A DNA stretch of 64,000 nt from assembly GCA_951406725.2 (NCBI GenBank), contig OX597823.1, forward strand, positions 16,120,001-16,184,000, in the 5' to 3' direction. Position numbers and translations under genes: made by a program. Numbering within the stretch: position 1 is the stretch's first letter; the number at the start of each line of letters is the position of its first letter. Shown here piece after piece: positions 13,234 through 27,240 of this stretch. Source of the DNA: Octopus vulgaris. Taxonomy: Eukaryota. The notes beneath the pieces were generated by a model. It saw nothing but the letters and a program-made list of their open reading frames with translations, did not search any database and was not told the DNA's origin.

Positions 13234-13429
13234 ATGGTTATAAAGCAATTTTTGAGGCGTTGGTGAAATCAATTACATCGACCCAGGTACTTGACTGATA
13301 CTTATTTTATCGGTCCCAAAAGGATGAAAGGCAAAATTAACCTCAGCGATATTTGAACTCCAGAATGTTAAGAACTGAAAGAAATACTGCAAAAGATTTT
13401 CCGGATCTAATAATAATCCCTTTTTTATT

Positions 13430-13760
13430 GGCTACAAAGTGAAAGACAGAAAACTGAACAACTATATCAATTTGGAGTGGGAAATACGAAGGTTGTGGTC
13501 AATGAAGAGAGTAGACGTTGTATCAATAGTAATCGGTGCACTTGGAAATATCAGCACTCAACTACCAACATGGGTGAAAAAAAAAACTGGTACAAATGTA
13601 TAGGTAGAACACCTACAAAAATCAACATTGCGTGGAGCTGCAAGAATTCTTCGTAGGGTTCTTGAAGCACGACCAGTAAACAAGTGTCACCTTGTCTGCT
13701 GACATTTTCCATCATACCCAGCAAAATAAGCAGCGAGTTTTCATCAAATAATAATAATAA
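13430..13760 (+). mobile_element. RLE-type non-LTR 3' fragment ending in (AAT)n
   Basis: Encodes LEWEIRRLWSMKRVDVVSIVIGALG, similar to the C-terminus at 10974-11219. Confidence 0.7.
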
Positions 13761-14335
13761 TCCTTTCTGCTGTAGACGCAAGGCCTATAGTAGGAGTTAG
13801 TCAATTACATTGATCTCAGTATTCGACTGATGTCTATTTTATCAACTTCGAAAGGGTGAAAGGCAAAGTCGAACTCGGTGGAATTCGAACTCAGAACGTA
13901 GAGAAGGACGAAATGCTTGTAAGTATTTTAAATGAATGCTAACGATTCTGCCAACTCACCAAGAATTTTAGTGGGAGAGGAAAGTCGATTACATCGATAT
14001 CAGTATATGACTGACACCAAAAGGATGAAAGGTAAGGTCGACCTCGACGGAATTTGTACGCAATATAGAGAACCAGAATGAATACCACAAAGCGTTTTCC
14101 CCAACTCCTGGCGATCCTTAACTCAATGTTTAATTCAATTGAGTTAAACATTGGTTGAAATTGCAGAAATTGAAGAAAAAAACAAAAAATATCTTACAAA
14201 CTATAGAATTTTCTCAATAAAGCCAAGAGAAAAAGATGTTTTATAAACACATTCTACCAGTATACGAAATTTAAAATTTTTTAGTTACCTAGAAATTATG
14301 TTAAAAACTGCCGTTCAAACCGAAAAGATCCGGCC

Positions 14336-14502
14336 AGTCGATTAGATCGACTCCAGTACGCAACTGGTACTTAATTTATCGACCCCGAAAGGATGAAAGG
14401 CAAAGTCGACCTCGGCGGAATTTGAACTCAGAACGTAATGACAGACGAAATACTGCTATGCATTTCGTCCGGCGTGCTAACGATTGTGCCAGCTCCCCGC
14501 CT
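14336..14502 (-). mobile_element. SINE family A (degraded copies also at 13265-13390 and 13770-14120)
   Basis: Similarity to 19261-19474. Confidence 0.85.
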
Positions 14503-15490
14503 TTCAGCGCTATTTGGACTGATATGCCAGATGACCAGCTTCATTTAGACACTCTAAGTCAGTCACAGCTGCAACATTTTAATATCACCATTTTCTTCCC
14601 TCTCCCAGTCGAGATAAGTCTGCTCTCTCTCTCACTCCATAGTCATCGTTATGTGTTCCTGTATATGGGTTTTAATGTTGTTGTCGTTGTTGTTGCTGTT
14701 AAATATCTAAATATTTAGAGGATAATTTCCTCAATGTTAGATAAATTCCGTTTTTCTTTCGCAAACATTATTTATGCGTTGCATAATCTGTTTCACTTCC
14801 TCTAGTATTAAAAATTACCAGATTCAGAAAGCTGTCTTTTTTATGGACAGGTTCAACATAAAGACCTTGTGTAACTTTAAATTTATATATCTTTAGTACT
14901 ACAAATAGTTGAATTAATCTGTAAAAGGAGGCTAAGTGAAAGAAGTTATTATACATGTTCGATAGATGTATTCCTGAAAGTTTATTTTTCACATATCCAC
15001 CGTCATTACGTAATACAAACCGTGAATTCTTTGAAATACGTTCTACAAGTAATATCATTTTTATTTATAGCTTGAACCACATTAATTAACCTGGCCTTCA
15101 AGTAAACTATCAGATTTAGTTGGAAAAACAGTACTTGTGTTCCAGAAAATAATGTTTAATTACTTATTAAATTATTAAATTTTTGTCATTAATAAACAGT
15201 TATTAACTTTTGTGATTACTTTCAATGAAATAGACGCATTAGGTTAAAGAGTACTCTCCAAGGTTTAATTCTCACATATACAGAAGCTTCCACTTAACAA
15301 TCTCCGCGAAACTGTCGATTATTCGTGTGTGTGTTTGTGTGTGTGTGTGTGTTTCTTTTTTGGCAGAGGGTGTCTTTGCTTGGTCTGGCCTCAAATGATT
15401 TTTTTTTTTTAATTTAGGAATTTATTGTATCCGGAAATCAGTGCTTCCCATGTTTCTTTAAACATACACACTCATACACAAACCTGCGTG

Positions 15491-15567
<77 letters not shown>

Positions 15568-15569
15568 TA

Positions 15570-15820
15570 ATAAATAAAACATATGCATATATATAAACAT
15601 ATATGTACGTACCTACCTCTACATATACATATACACGCATATATGAGTACAGGACACCAAAAAGACGTCGAACACAATGAGAAACGAAAACATAGACACA
15701 AACCCAAGGAACTGGACATTTTTTTAAACAACAACAAAAATAGAGTACAGGACAATTAACACAAAGAAAAACCCCTTCTTCAGTCGCTATGGTTTCATCT
15801 ACTCTACGTTTCGAAGGTAG
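15570..15820 (-). mobile_element. Microsatellite-flanked PLE-like fragment with partial hammerhead
   Basis: Minus strand CCTTCGAAACGTAGAGTAG, cut off by the (ACAT)n tract. Confidence 0.45.
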
Positions 15821-15821
15821 C

Positions 15822-16010
15822 ACATACATACATACATACATACATACATACATACATACATACATACATACATACATACATACATACATACATACATACA
15901 TACATACATACATGCATACATACATACATACATACATACATACATACATACATACATACATACATACATACATACATACATACATACATACGTACGTACA
16001 TATATATATA
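15822..16010. repeat. (ACAT)n microsatellite
   Basis: Direct reading. Confidence 0.95.
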
Positions 16011-16503
16011 AAGAAACTAGAGAGTGTGAACACAGAAATCAATTCATTTAGTTAATAGTCAATGTCATGTTGCCTACACACGTTTCAATTTCTCACCTTC
16101 ATATCTTACAATTAAAATTGCATTATAAATTTAAAAGATAGAAATCTTTTCAGGGCAAAATTGACATATATTCATTTACATCTTAATGGATGGAGAGTTC
16201 ATTACAGTAGGCAAATTTATATTGACTACAATATAAATAAAATGATTTCTGTGTTCATACTCTCCATTTTCGTTATGTTATATTATTAAAATTCTGTTTT
16301 CCTATATCTCATAGATGAAAAGATCTATAACGACAGCTAGAACTTCATAACAGTAAAGTACTGATGCCGAAGAAAAACTATCAATAATTACTAATACAAA
16401 CACAAATTAACAAATTCCAAGAAAATTAATCGATATAGAGCTAAACCCGGTGTACGCTTGGATGAAATACATCCTTGAGAAAGAGCAACCTCTTTCGTTC
16501 GAA

Positions 16504-16572
<69 letters not shown>

Positions 16573-16775
16573 TATATATAAAGCAATGATTAGTAATTTT
16601 ACGAAACCGGTATGCTTTTGAATCTCTTTAGCAATTCACAATAATGACTTTTATTATTTTTATTCCTACCTCAGTTCATCTAATTGTACATATCTTTCGT
16701 TACTTTCATAAAAAGCGTTTACTTTTTTTGATTTCCAATGTGCATTTTCGATTATTTTTCTTCTTACTTCCCCAC

Positions 16776-16814
<39 letters not shown>

Positions 16815-17002
16815 AATTAGTAAATAAATGGCACAACTAAGTACCGATATTTACTGGAAATAGCGAACGTAAAATTACGACGCTAATGTGTAGCTTCACC
16901 GCGTAAGTATTAGCAAAAATGCGTGTGTGCAACAAATTAGAGAAAAAAACCGTCTTACCTCCAGGGAGAACATCTGAAGGATGAAACACCCGGAAAAGGA
17001 TA

Positions 17003-17080
17003 ATGTGGTACCTGCAGGTTTCAGGTTTTACAAGATATGTCTCTCACCCATATTTTGTTTTACCTTCATCAGCCAAACAT
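17003..17080 (-). ncRNA. Type I hammerhead ribozyme (intact core)
   Basis: Minus strand: TGG-CTGATGA-AGGT...ACCT-GAAAC-CTGCAG-GTA-CCA; palindrome ACCTGCAGGT; inner stem II ACAAAATATG/CATATCTTGT. Confidence 0.85.
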
Positions 17081-17246
17081 ATACCAAGACGAAATCTACG
17101 ATGTTACCACATTAATACTAACACCTCGACTGAAATGCGGAACGCTAACAGTACGAGAAACGGTGAAGAAGTTTCAAAATATCAGTAATGCAATACAAAG
17201 TATTGCCTTCCAGTAAAAAGTAGCCCGTGAGGGAAAAATACACAAA

Positions 17247-17628
17247 TCTCTCTCTATATAAACGGCAGTTTGTCTGTGCGTGTTTCTGTGTGTCTGTTTT
17301 CTCGTACCCTCACTCTGACCACGGCTTTCAACCGATTCTGATGAAACTTGACACACACATAGCCCAATGTCATAATTCAAAACTAACGCAGCGAAAATTT
17401 TGAAAAGTTCCCCCAGTTCTGAAAAAAATCGATAAATTCGACATGGGGTCGAGAATCAGAAACCCAAACCACAGACCGTCTAGGGGACGCAACTCCACCT
17501 TTTTTAACTCTCAAAAAAATTTACCATCATTTTCCCCATTTTTTTGCTATTTTTTGGCTATAACTCTCTAAAAATGCTTTATAGTTATTTCCCTTACAAA
17601 CCTGAGCAACGCCGGGCGATACTGCTAG
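17247..17628 (+). mobile_element. Non-autonomous Helitron
   Basis: 5' TC, subterminal GC-rich hairpin, 3' CTAG; inserted between A and T, as shown by the uninterrupted repeat copy at 16811-16820. Confidence 0.85.
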
Positions 17629-18156
17629 TTAGTAAATAAATGGCACAACTAAGTACCGATATTTACTGGAAATAGCGAACGTAAAATTACGACGCTAATG
17701 TGTAGCTTCACCGCGTAAGTATTAGCAAAAATGCGTGTGTGCAACAAATTAGAGATGCATGCAACACGCGCACATATCATCTAATAAATTATGAAATCAG
17801 AGATATAGCATACTATATATATGGTATCGAGAAAGATAACGTGCAAACTTCTCTAAAATTTACATAGGTAAAAATTTCAGGGGCAGTGGAACAACTTCAT
17901 TCAAACAATGATAAAAGCCATGATTCAGTCAATGAATTTGGTTGTTAATATCATATCCACGAATTATTATTATGCTGCGTTATAACAGAGAACTGAGTCA
18001 GTTTGCATACGATAGTATGACCCTAGTCACAACCATCAGGGAAATACTGCACCATGCTCAAAGAATGTATATATTCCCCCACCACCTTAGGCTAATTATA
18101 TACACTTAATCATTTGCGTATGTAAGTGTATACATGTTTTACTGGTTACTAGTCAG

Positions 18157-18219
18157 AATATTACCGTCGTTTTCGCACTGACTTTTGCACTTGGCAATAT
18201 GGACGACTCTTCAGACATT
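18157..18219 (-). ncRNA. Degenerate type I hammerhead
   Basis: Minus strand: AATGT-CTGAAGA-G...C-GAAAACGACGGTA-ATATT; 5-bp stem I, imperfect stem III. Confidence 0.5.
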
Positions 18220-18779
18220 GTCACCGGAAGAGCATAGCCTTTTTGATATTGGAGGTTTATATAGGCCCTGGGTGGTTCGGTGTTTATACAAAGAACCGGA
18301 ACGAAATACATGCGCGCGTGTGTGCGTGTGGGTATATGCAAGTGTGTATGTACACAAATACAGACATATACATATGTAATTTTATTTATTTCGGTGAGGA
18401 AAATATGTATCAGGAGATAGGGGTACATTAAAGTCATAGAGACTGAGGTGGAGAGGTGAAACAAGACACTATAACTATAAGCCATCAGCCATAAGGACAA
18501 AGCTGCCCGCTGCGTACTCCGCCGCTTTTTTTATCGCTGATATATTTATATTATTTCTGAATTATTATTTGATCACTTTTTTATTACACAATTAAACGCA
18601 TCAACCTATTAATATGAATTCAATAGACTTCACACAGATATTTCAAAGTTTGTAAATGCATAGCAAACGAAGACGCCATGCGTTCGAGAACAACGCCCCC
18701 CCCCCCCCCCGGAAAAAAAAGAAACGACGAGGAAACAAGGGAAAAGGAAGGAGATATAGTAATGAAATATAGAAGTTTC

Positions 18780-19000
18780 ACTAAAAACAGCTTTCGTGTT
18801 ATCAGGAAAACTTTGGGGAAACCGTCTGAGCCTGCTGCTAACTTAAGGTAGGTGTTGTTAAAGGCAGACATCACTTCATTTATGATAGTGTAATTGATGA
18901 CTGCCATTTTCTTATGCAGTGAGGAAAAGACTTTTCCGGTCTCTGCAATCTTATCTTCTTCAATAAATTTTCCAAAGTTATCTTCAGTGTTAGGCAACGG
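18780..19000 (-). mobile_element. LINE ORF2 remnant
   Basis: EVMSAFNNTYLKLAAGSDGFPKVFL resembles the pre-RT (K/S)APGPDG motif. Confidence 0.55.
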
Positions 19001-19102
19001 CTGATTAGATAGTTTTGTAGTACACATATACAATAAAAGTACATATGTGTAATTGTGTGTGTCTGCGCGCACGTGTATGTGTGCATCTATGTATGTATAT
19101 AC

Positions 19103-19149
<47 letters not shown>

Positions 19150-19186
19150 TGCGCGCACGTGTATGTGTGTAGCTATGTATGTATAT

Positions 19187-19260
<74 letters not shown>

Positions 19261-19262
<2 letters not shown>

Positions 19263-19474
19263 CGGCGAGCTGGCAGAAACGTTAGCACGCCGGGCGAAAT
19301 GCGTAGCCGTATTTCGTCTGCCGCTGCGTTCTGGGTTCAAATTCCGCCGAAGTCGACTTTGCCTTTCATCCTTTCGGGGTCGATAAATTAAGTACCAGTT
19401 ACGCACTGGGGTCGATGTGATCGACTCAATCCGTTTGTCCCCTCTGTCTTTATCCCCTTGTGGGTAGTAAAGAA
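19261..19474 (+). mobile_element. SINE family A, full length
   Basis: Intact head and tail, located in a TA tract. Confidence 0.9.
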
Positions 19475-19543
<69 letters not shown>

Positions 19544-19548
<5 letters not shown>

Positions 19549-19858
19549 AGGCGCAATGGCACAGTGGTTAAGGCAGCGGACTCGCGATCGTAGGATCGCG
19601 GTTTCGTAGGATCCCAGACCGGGCGTTGTGAGTGTTTATTGAACGAAAACACCCAAAGCTCCACGAGGCTCCGGCAGGGGGTGGTGGCGATCCCTGCAGT
19701 GGCGATCCCGCCACAACTTTCTCTCACTCTTTCTTCCGTTGGCCTGCTCGCTTAGCCAGCGGGGTGGCGTCATTTGAAGGCTAAAACAATGCGAAGTGCA
19801 TTGTGACCAACGATGTGTAGCAACATCTGATAGCCTGGTCGGTCACGTGATTACGTGA
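19544..19858 (+). mobile_element. SINE family C (tail type 2)
   Basis: Family C head with a distinct 3' half ending GGTCACGTGA. Confidence 0.85.
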
Positions 19859-19872
19859 TATATATATATATA

Positions 19873-20922
19873 TATTGATACGAGGTCAGTCGAAGAAAAA
19901 GTGCTGTGACCCAGTTTCGTAGTTTGGTGCCGGACAGACTAGGGAGACGGGTTATTTGGCTTTGTTCTGTCATTTGTAAGGAAGATTGATGAGTTGGGAA
20001 GTGACATTTTGGTCCCTACGGTCAGGGAAAGTTTAACAAAGAAATAAATCTACCACCCTTTAAAATGCGGTGAGCTGGGGTTTGTTGGTCAGTTGGCGAG
20101 AGAGAGTTGGCCTGGGTTGGTCAGTTTTGCCTGAGATAGTCAGTTGGCAACAGGTCAGTTTGGCGTGAGAGTTGGCCTGGGACAGTTCAGTTGGCTAGAT
20201 GTGCAGTCGGGAGAGGCAACGACAAGGATGACAAGCGAGAGACATTTTGAACTCGGTCTGATATAGTGGGAGTTTTTATGATGATTCAGGGAGTGTTGCA
20301 GACTAGAAAACGTATGGTAATGTTTTGTTTATGTTTTCGTTGTTGAATTTTGGATGGTGATGTGCGTTAAAAGAGAAGCGAAAAGAACTTGTGAGTTGTG
20401 TAAAAAAACAGAAAGACTGACAAAAAGGAAAAAGAATTGTGTCAAAAAAGGGACTGTGGAAAAGAAAGAAAAAGAAGGGTAAAGAACACTGTGACGTAAA
20501 CTGTAATCTGTTGTTAAATAAAGAATTGTTGAAGAGGAAAAGAAAGACTTTAATGTGGACTGTTTTCGAACTCTGTATTTGTTTTGATTGTCTTCGGACG
20601 TTGCGTATCGTGCCTGCATTGACTGTTGTTTTTCTTTTAACCCTGTACAATTTGTTGAATGTTTTTCTTTGAATGTATCTGATATGTATCACGTTTTATT
20701 TGATGTTGTAACAATTGTATAAACTGTTGTTAAATGTAAGCAACTGCCTTCCGCCGTGTCTCTCTCTTCCTGTTGTTGTTGTTGTTGTTATCTCCGGTCA
20801 CCGGTCTGTGTTCGCTGCCATACCACCACCGTTTGCTGTGGCGGATTCCGTTTGACTGAGCGTGGTCGTCGTCGTCGCTCGACTTAGGGTCCCGAGTTCG
20901 AGTTGAGCGACGGCAGGTTCGT

Positions 20923-20926
<4 letters not shown>
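19873..20926. mobile_element. Solo LTR-like element, second copy (opposite orientation)
   Basis: Reverse-complement homology to 11883-12960; ends GTAACA; TA tracts on both sides. Confidence 0.75.
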
Positions 20927-20964
<38 letters not shown>

Positions 20965-21026
20965 GCATACATATATACATACATACATCTATACATACAT
21001 GCATACATGCATACATACATACATGC

Positions 21027-21057
<31 letters not shown>

Positions 21058-21707
21058 AACAAAAAGTGAAAAGCACAGGTACGTCTCCATAAATAAGAAG
21101 TTCACTTCGCAACCACGTGGTTCTGGATTCGATAGCACTGCACGGTTCTTTGGTCAAGTATCCTCTGCTATGACATTGGGTTGATGAGTGCTATAGCAAT
21201 TGGCTTCTGTTCACAGTGAATGAAATGAGAATGCAAGCACATTCTTCATATGCAGTAAAAATAAAGAGAGAATCCCCTGACAGACCATTTCATGATTTGA
21301 TGGCCGTTACTCAGAGTTCGCAACATTTAAATTTCATTTCAGATTTATGCTGTTGTGGATAAAATAGTTATTTAGTTTATGAAGAGTCATCAAATCCACA
21401 AATACGCGAATTAGCCTTCCATTACGGCGTCAGCTTAATCTACAACTACTTTGCATAGCAGCTAATTTGTTATATTGATTAGGAAGAAAAGTCGGATATT
21501 TCTCTCTGGCGAGAGATCAACAAATCGTGAAACAGTCCGTCAGGAAACACACAACTTCTTTTTTTTTTCGCTTCATCAGTAGCATAGAAAGAATATGTTT
21601 ACACTAATAACTTACCAAAAGTGGGGCTTTGTGATGTGTGTGTGTGTGTGTGTGTGAGATATAGTCGTATTGCACTTCCAAAAGCCTGACTTGTCATCTA
21701 TGAAAGA

Positions 21708-22070
<363 letters not shown>

Positions 22071-22667
22071 CAGGATGCTTATAGGTTTGCAGTTCTAACA
22101 GTCCCATCTGAGCACTATTGTCCTTTATATCCGATGGTGTTCTCATCGATTAAACGAAGTACTGTCTAAAGTCTTAAGACTCATAGAACCGGTTTCTATG
22201 GAATATGTGAGATCACACCTCATCCTGTCGTCCTGGATGGGACGCGAGTCCGTCTCAAGGCTACTCGTTTGCAGCCGAGCGGGTTGGAGCAACAGGAAAT
22301 AAAATGTTTTGCTCAAGAACATAATGCACCGCTTACCCCATGATCTTGCGATCGCAAGTGTAATGTCCAAAGCATTAAGCGCTCTTTCACAATCACATCT
22401 ATAACTGGGCGAAAAATACATCTTGAACGAGCATAGAAGGGCGGAAGTGCTGTGGAAAGATTGCTAACAAAAATATGTGAGCGAAATCAAGGTTGGATAG
22501 TCATTTGTGGGCCTATGGTAGAAATGCTATCAAACCTGTTGCAGGCAGCTGTCTTCAATGAGAAAATGGTTACGATTGAAATCGAGTTGATGAACAACAT
22601 GTGTACGTGTGTATAAATAAGTACACAGACGTGCATAAACTTATACGGACGTATATTTGTGTGCGTG

Positions 22668-23226
<559 letters not shown>

Positions 23227-24096
23227 AGGTGTACTTTCTAGTAATGCTTTCTTATGTAATTTTTCGTTGTGTTTTGTGGTGTAGTTCATTTGCATTGACA
23301 CATTGTTTAAAGTCTATAGTGAGTCAGAAGGAATAAAACGATTGTACAGTAAAGGCGAAAGTAACAGTTAAAAACATGGCATCAAGTTCACAACTTTCAT
23401 ATTTACAATCGAATTTTAAAATCGCATTGGTCATTAGTAGATAATTCGAAGGTTTACATTCCTATGGGTTTTTTTATTGATAAGAAAGCTTTTAATTCTA
23501 ATTATTTTGTAATATATTATTTGTACAAAGCATTCTGTGTTCAGTTTTATGAGTTTTTTTTCATAATGCCTTCTCTTCTATAGTTAGCCGGTGTTTGCTT
23601 CAATTAATACTTTCGTACGGCTTGTGTATTTTCAATAGGTGTGGCGACACTGTTTTAAACAAACTGCAAGAAACTTTTGTGTAAATAAAAGGAAAAGTTG
23701 ATAAAGGAAGCTAAAACTAGAATGTGGGCGAGTATTCAATACAAGAAACGCAGACACACACATACATCTACTGTGTGTGTGTGTGTACATGAACGTTCTT
23801 GAAACAAAGATCAAGGAAACCTGGAATCCACAACAGAGCTCTATAATTCATGAAGATAAATGTAGAGTAAATAGTTGTTTTTTATACATTTAATGTTTAA
23901 ATAAGCAATCTCTGCTTTCACTAATTCTCTGAAACTGAATATTTTGAATCTGTAAACACAGTTGAATTATTTCAGAATATTTATTTCTGGTTCTAATGCT
24001 TGGAGCAAATTTGCTTCATATCAGCTAAAAAGAATAATTTATCCACGGAAGATGACGTTAAAGTGTAATTAAATGACGTCATAAGTAAAATATATA

Positions 24097-24613
24097 TCTA
24101 TATATATAAAACTGTAGTTGTGTGAGTGTCTGTCCCCTTCGATTTAGATTCCTAACTACTCCCACATTTTGCGGTGCAGTTTAACCAAATTCGGGTAGCT
24201 TATAGTCGTGATTCATATCGAGCCCGTCTGAGTATTAGCGCGCGTCTACGATGAGTCTACGATTTTAAAAATAATTTAACATCATTTTTTATTCCATTTT
24301 AATGGATAATTTTTCGTGTGTCGATGGCGGCGGAGTTGGCGTCCACGCTCAAACACCTGCACCTATGTTTGCTTCTCCCCTTTCTTCCCTCCCTCGTGAA
24401 GCTGTGGGGAAGGGAGTTTAAGGAAATCAACGTCGTAATGCGTTGTCAAGGAGACCAGCGTTCTTTTAGAACAACGACTTCATGGCTTGAAGACACCAAA
24501 ACAGAAATGGCTAAGAAAGCCCGAATTGGCATCTATAAAGGAAGTAACTCTCTAAAAGTGCTTATATAGTTATTTCCCTTACAAACCCGAGCAACGCCGG
24601 GCGATACTGCTAT
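24097..24613 (+). mobile_element. Non-autonomous Helitron
   Basis: 5' TC-TATATATAAAA; 3' CCCGAGCAACGCCGGGCGATACTGCTAT (CTAG variant). Confidence 0.8.
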
Positions 24614-24750
24614 TACATACATAAAACTGTTTGATAATCATATAGCAATATTTGAATATATATATTCATTGCTATAATAAACATGTAAATATGTAAATAT
24701 ATAAATGTATAAATAGAGATCTAAATTAATATGTGCAATATATAAATGCC

Positions 24751-25070
24751 TGTGGAGGCGCAATGGCACAATGGTTAGGGCAGCGGACTCGCGGTCGGAG
24801 GATCGCAGTTTCGATTCCCAGACCGGGCGTTGTGTGCGTTTATTGAGCGAAAACACCTAAAAGCTCCACGAGGCTCCGGCAGGGGGCGGTAGCGACCCCT
24901 GTAGTACTCTTTCGCCACAACTTTCTCTCACTCTCTCTCTTCCTGTTTCTTGAGTAACGCTGCGATGGGCTGGCGTCCCGTCCAGCTGGAGGGAACACAT
25001 ACGCCACAGAAACCGGGAAACCGAGCCCACGAGCCTGGCTAGGCTTGAAAAGGGCGACGTTTATCGTTTT
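24751..25070 (+). mobile_element. SINE family C (tail type 3)
   Basis: Family C head; TSD ATAAATGCCT. Confidence 0.9.
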
Positions 25071-25113
25071 ACATAAATGCCTAATGATTAAGACAATAAG
25101 TTAGAGGTGTTCA

Positions 25114-25290
25114 TACGACGGGGTGCTGAAAAGTTCCTGCCTTTGAGTAATAGAAATTACAGGAGGATCAGTTAATAATGATTTTATTCAACATGTTTCC
25201 TTCTCAGATTCACACACTTACTGCAGTGATCCTTCACTTTTTCTAAGGCCTGCAAAAGAACTCAGAAAGTTGGGCCTTCAGCCAGGCTAT
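25114..25290 (-). mobile_element. mariner terminal fragment
   Basis: TACGACGGGGTGCTGAAAAGTTCC, a mariner-like TIR starting at TA. Confidence 0.55.
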
Positions 25291-25876
25291 TCGCACACCT
25301 TTATGCTTCATAGTGGTGGTTAAGGGAGTCTATTTTGCGTTGATCAACAATAGCTGAGCTGGGTAGAATACTTTCATAAATCTATTTAATCTTGTGCTGA
25401 CATCATGAGATGTTTTGAGCCCTCATGAGAAAACTGTTGTAATAACCATCAAGATTATCTTGATGCTGTAAGATACCCAAGACTTGTTAATAATCCTTAA
25501 ACATTCTGTAGCTAGGGTCGGTCTGTTTCTCGATACTAAAAAGAAATTGAGTTCATGACAATCGAGGAAGATGAAAGCCACCAGTGAAGATGAAAACTTA
25601 GTGACCCCAGGTACCTTGGGTCTTATGCTATTGACGATGGGAATAACTTCTTGACACACAATTGACAAACCTGGGGTACTCCTAACAAACTTCATGACAT
25701 CTGGCAATCAACTCGTACAAAGTCACAAAGCATTCTTTGGGGCATATATAGAAAGCATTCTTCTCTTTGAAGCTAAAACCTGGATTATGAAGAAACTTCA
25801 AAATAAAGTATGTCGGGGCTGACTTTACTCTTTTTTCTTATTTTAGCAGGCAACCTTGGGTATTTTCCCCGAGTTA

Positions 25877-26271
25877 TCTTTATATATAAAAGTAAGGTTG
25901 TGTGCTGTCTGTCACCTACGATTTAGATTCCTAACTACTCCCACATTTTGCGGTGCAGTTTAACCAAAACCGGGTATCTTATAGTCGTGATTCATATCGA
26001 GCCCTTCTGGGTATTAGTGCGCGTCTACGATGAGTCTACGATTTAAAAAAAAATTTACCATCAATTTTCCCCATTTTTAATGCATTTTTGGCATATATAA
26101 GGGAAGTAACTCTCTAAAAAATTTTTTAATCCCAGAACGTAAAAAGCCACAGTAACACCCCACCCCTTTGTGGCTAGCCATATTGAGATGGCTATTATAC
26201 TTTACATCTCTAAAAATGTTTATATAGTTATTTCCCTTACAAACCCGAGCAACGCCGGGCGATACTGCTAG
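25877..26271 (+). mobile_element. Non-autonomous Helitron
   Basis: A|TC...hairpin...CTAG|T; 5' part matches 24097. Confidence 0.85.
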
Positions 26272-26649
26272 TTCTACATAAAAATAACCTCGATAACATA
26301 ATTCTAATGCCTTTGTGAAGTTCTAATTGACTATAATTTCTCTTATTAAACGCATTTGCCGTCCCGCCATTTTCGCCCACTCAATGCTTAATCGATAAAC
26401 AGATTGCACATTAACAGCTTAACCGATATGAATATTACTGATTAAGTGTTTAATCAATAACCGGGGATTTTCTTTCTCATACTCGTACTCTTTTACTGAT
26501 ACCAACAACCGCGTTGTGGCCATATTCAGACACAACTATAGATATGCGATTGTTTTTTTTTTTACTTTTATTCTTTATTTGTTTAAGTTTTTGTTAACCA
26601 TATGAACGTTAGACATCATGGAGCTAATTTGAAGACAATGATCTACGAG

Positions 26650-26820
<171 letters not shown>

Positions 26821-27110
26821 AAATTAAAGAAAAAATATAATATGAAAACCATATTTGACATTGATACCACCATAGAAACCATCAAGCAAAAGATATGTGC
26901 TAAAGCTGCCCGCATAGCAAGGTATGAAAAGCGCGTTAGATTCTTCAAGGACAACAACATGATCAAAAGTAACCCCAAAAATTTAAGATAGGGAAGATAC
27001 CAGTTACAGTAGAGTCTGTCCCATAAAAAGAAGAAGTGCAGGTATTTTGGAATAAAATTTGGGCGGAAGAAAAAACACACAATGAAAAGGCCCCTTGGAT
27101 TGATAGAATA
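26821..27110 (+). mobile_element. R4/Dong-type ORF fragment (pre-RT region)
   Basis: ETIKQKICAKAARIARYEKRVRFFKDNNMIKSNPK resembles the helix region preceding RT in RLE elements. Confidence 0.6.
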
Positions 27111-27117
27111 TCTACAG

Positions 27118-27240
27118 ATACCATCATTTTTTCCCATTTTTAATGCATTTTTTGTTATTATATAAGGGAAGTAACTCTCTAAAAATGCTTATATAGTTAT
27201 TTCCCTTACAAACCCGAGCAACGCCGGGCGATACTGCTAG
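27118..27240 (+). mobile_element. Helitron 3' fragment
   Basis: Same 3' hairpin-CTAG end as 26271. Confidence 0.8.

Larger units (their letters stand above)
16810..17755 (-). mobile_element. Hammerhead-bearing PLE/retrozyme-like element interrupted by a Helitron
   Basis: 127-bp direct repeat 16817-16943/17629-17755 (period 430 after removing the Helitron); ends in (TA)n. Confidence 0.75.

Noticed and set aside
19544-19625. tRNA genes (also at 8997, 24751, 38389, 57735)
   Set aside because: Each continues into a repeated SINE body, several with TSDs, and lacks a proper acceptor stem
21560-21585. Minus-strand CTGATGA-AGC-GAAA
   Set aside because: Runs into poly(A); no stems I or III
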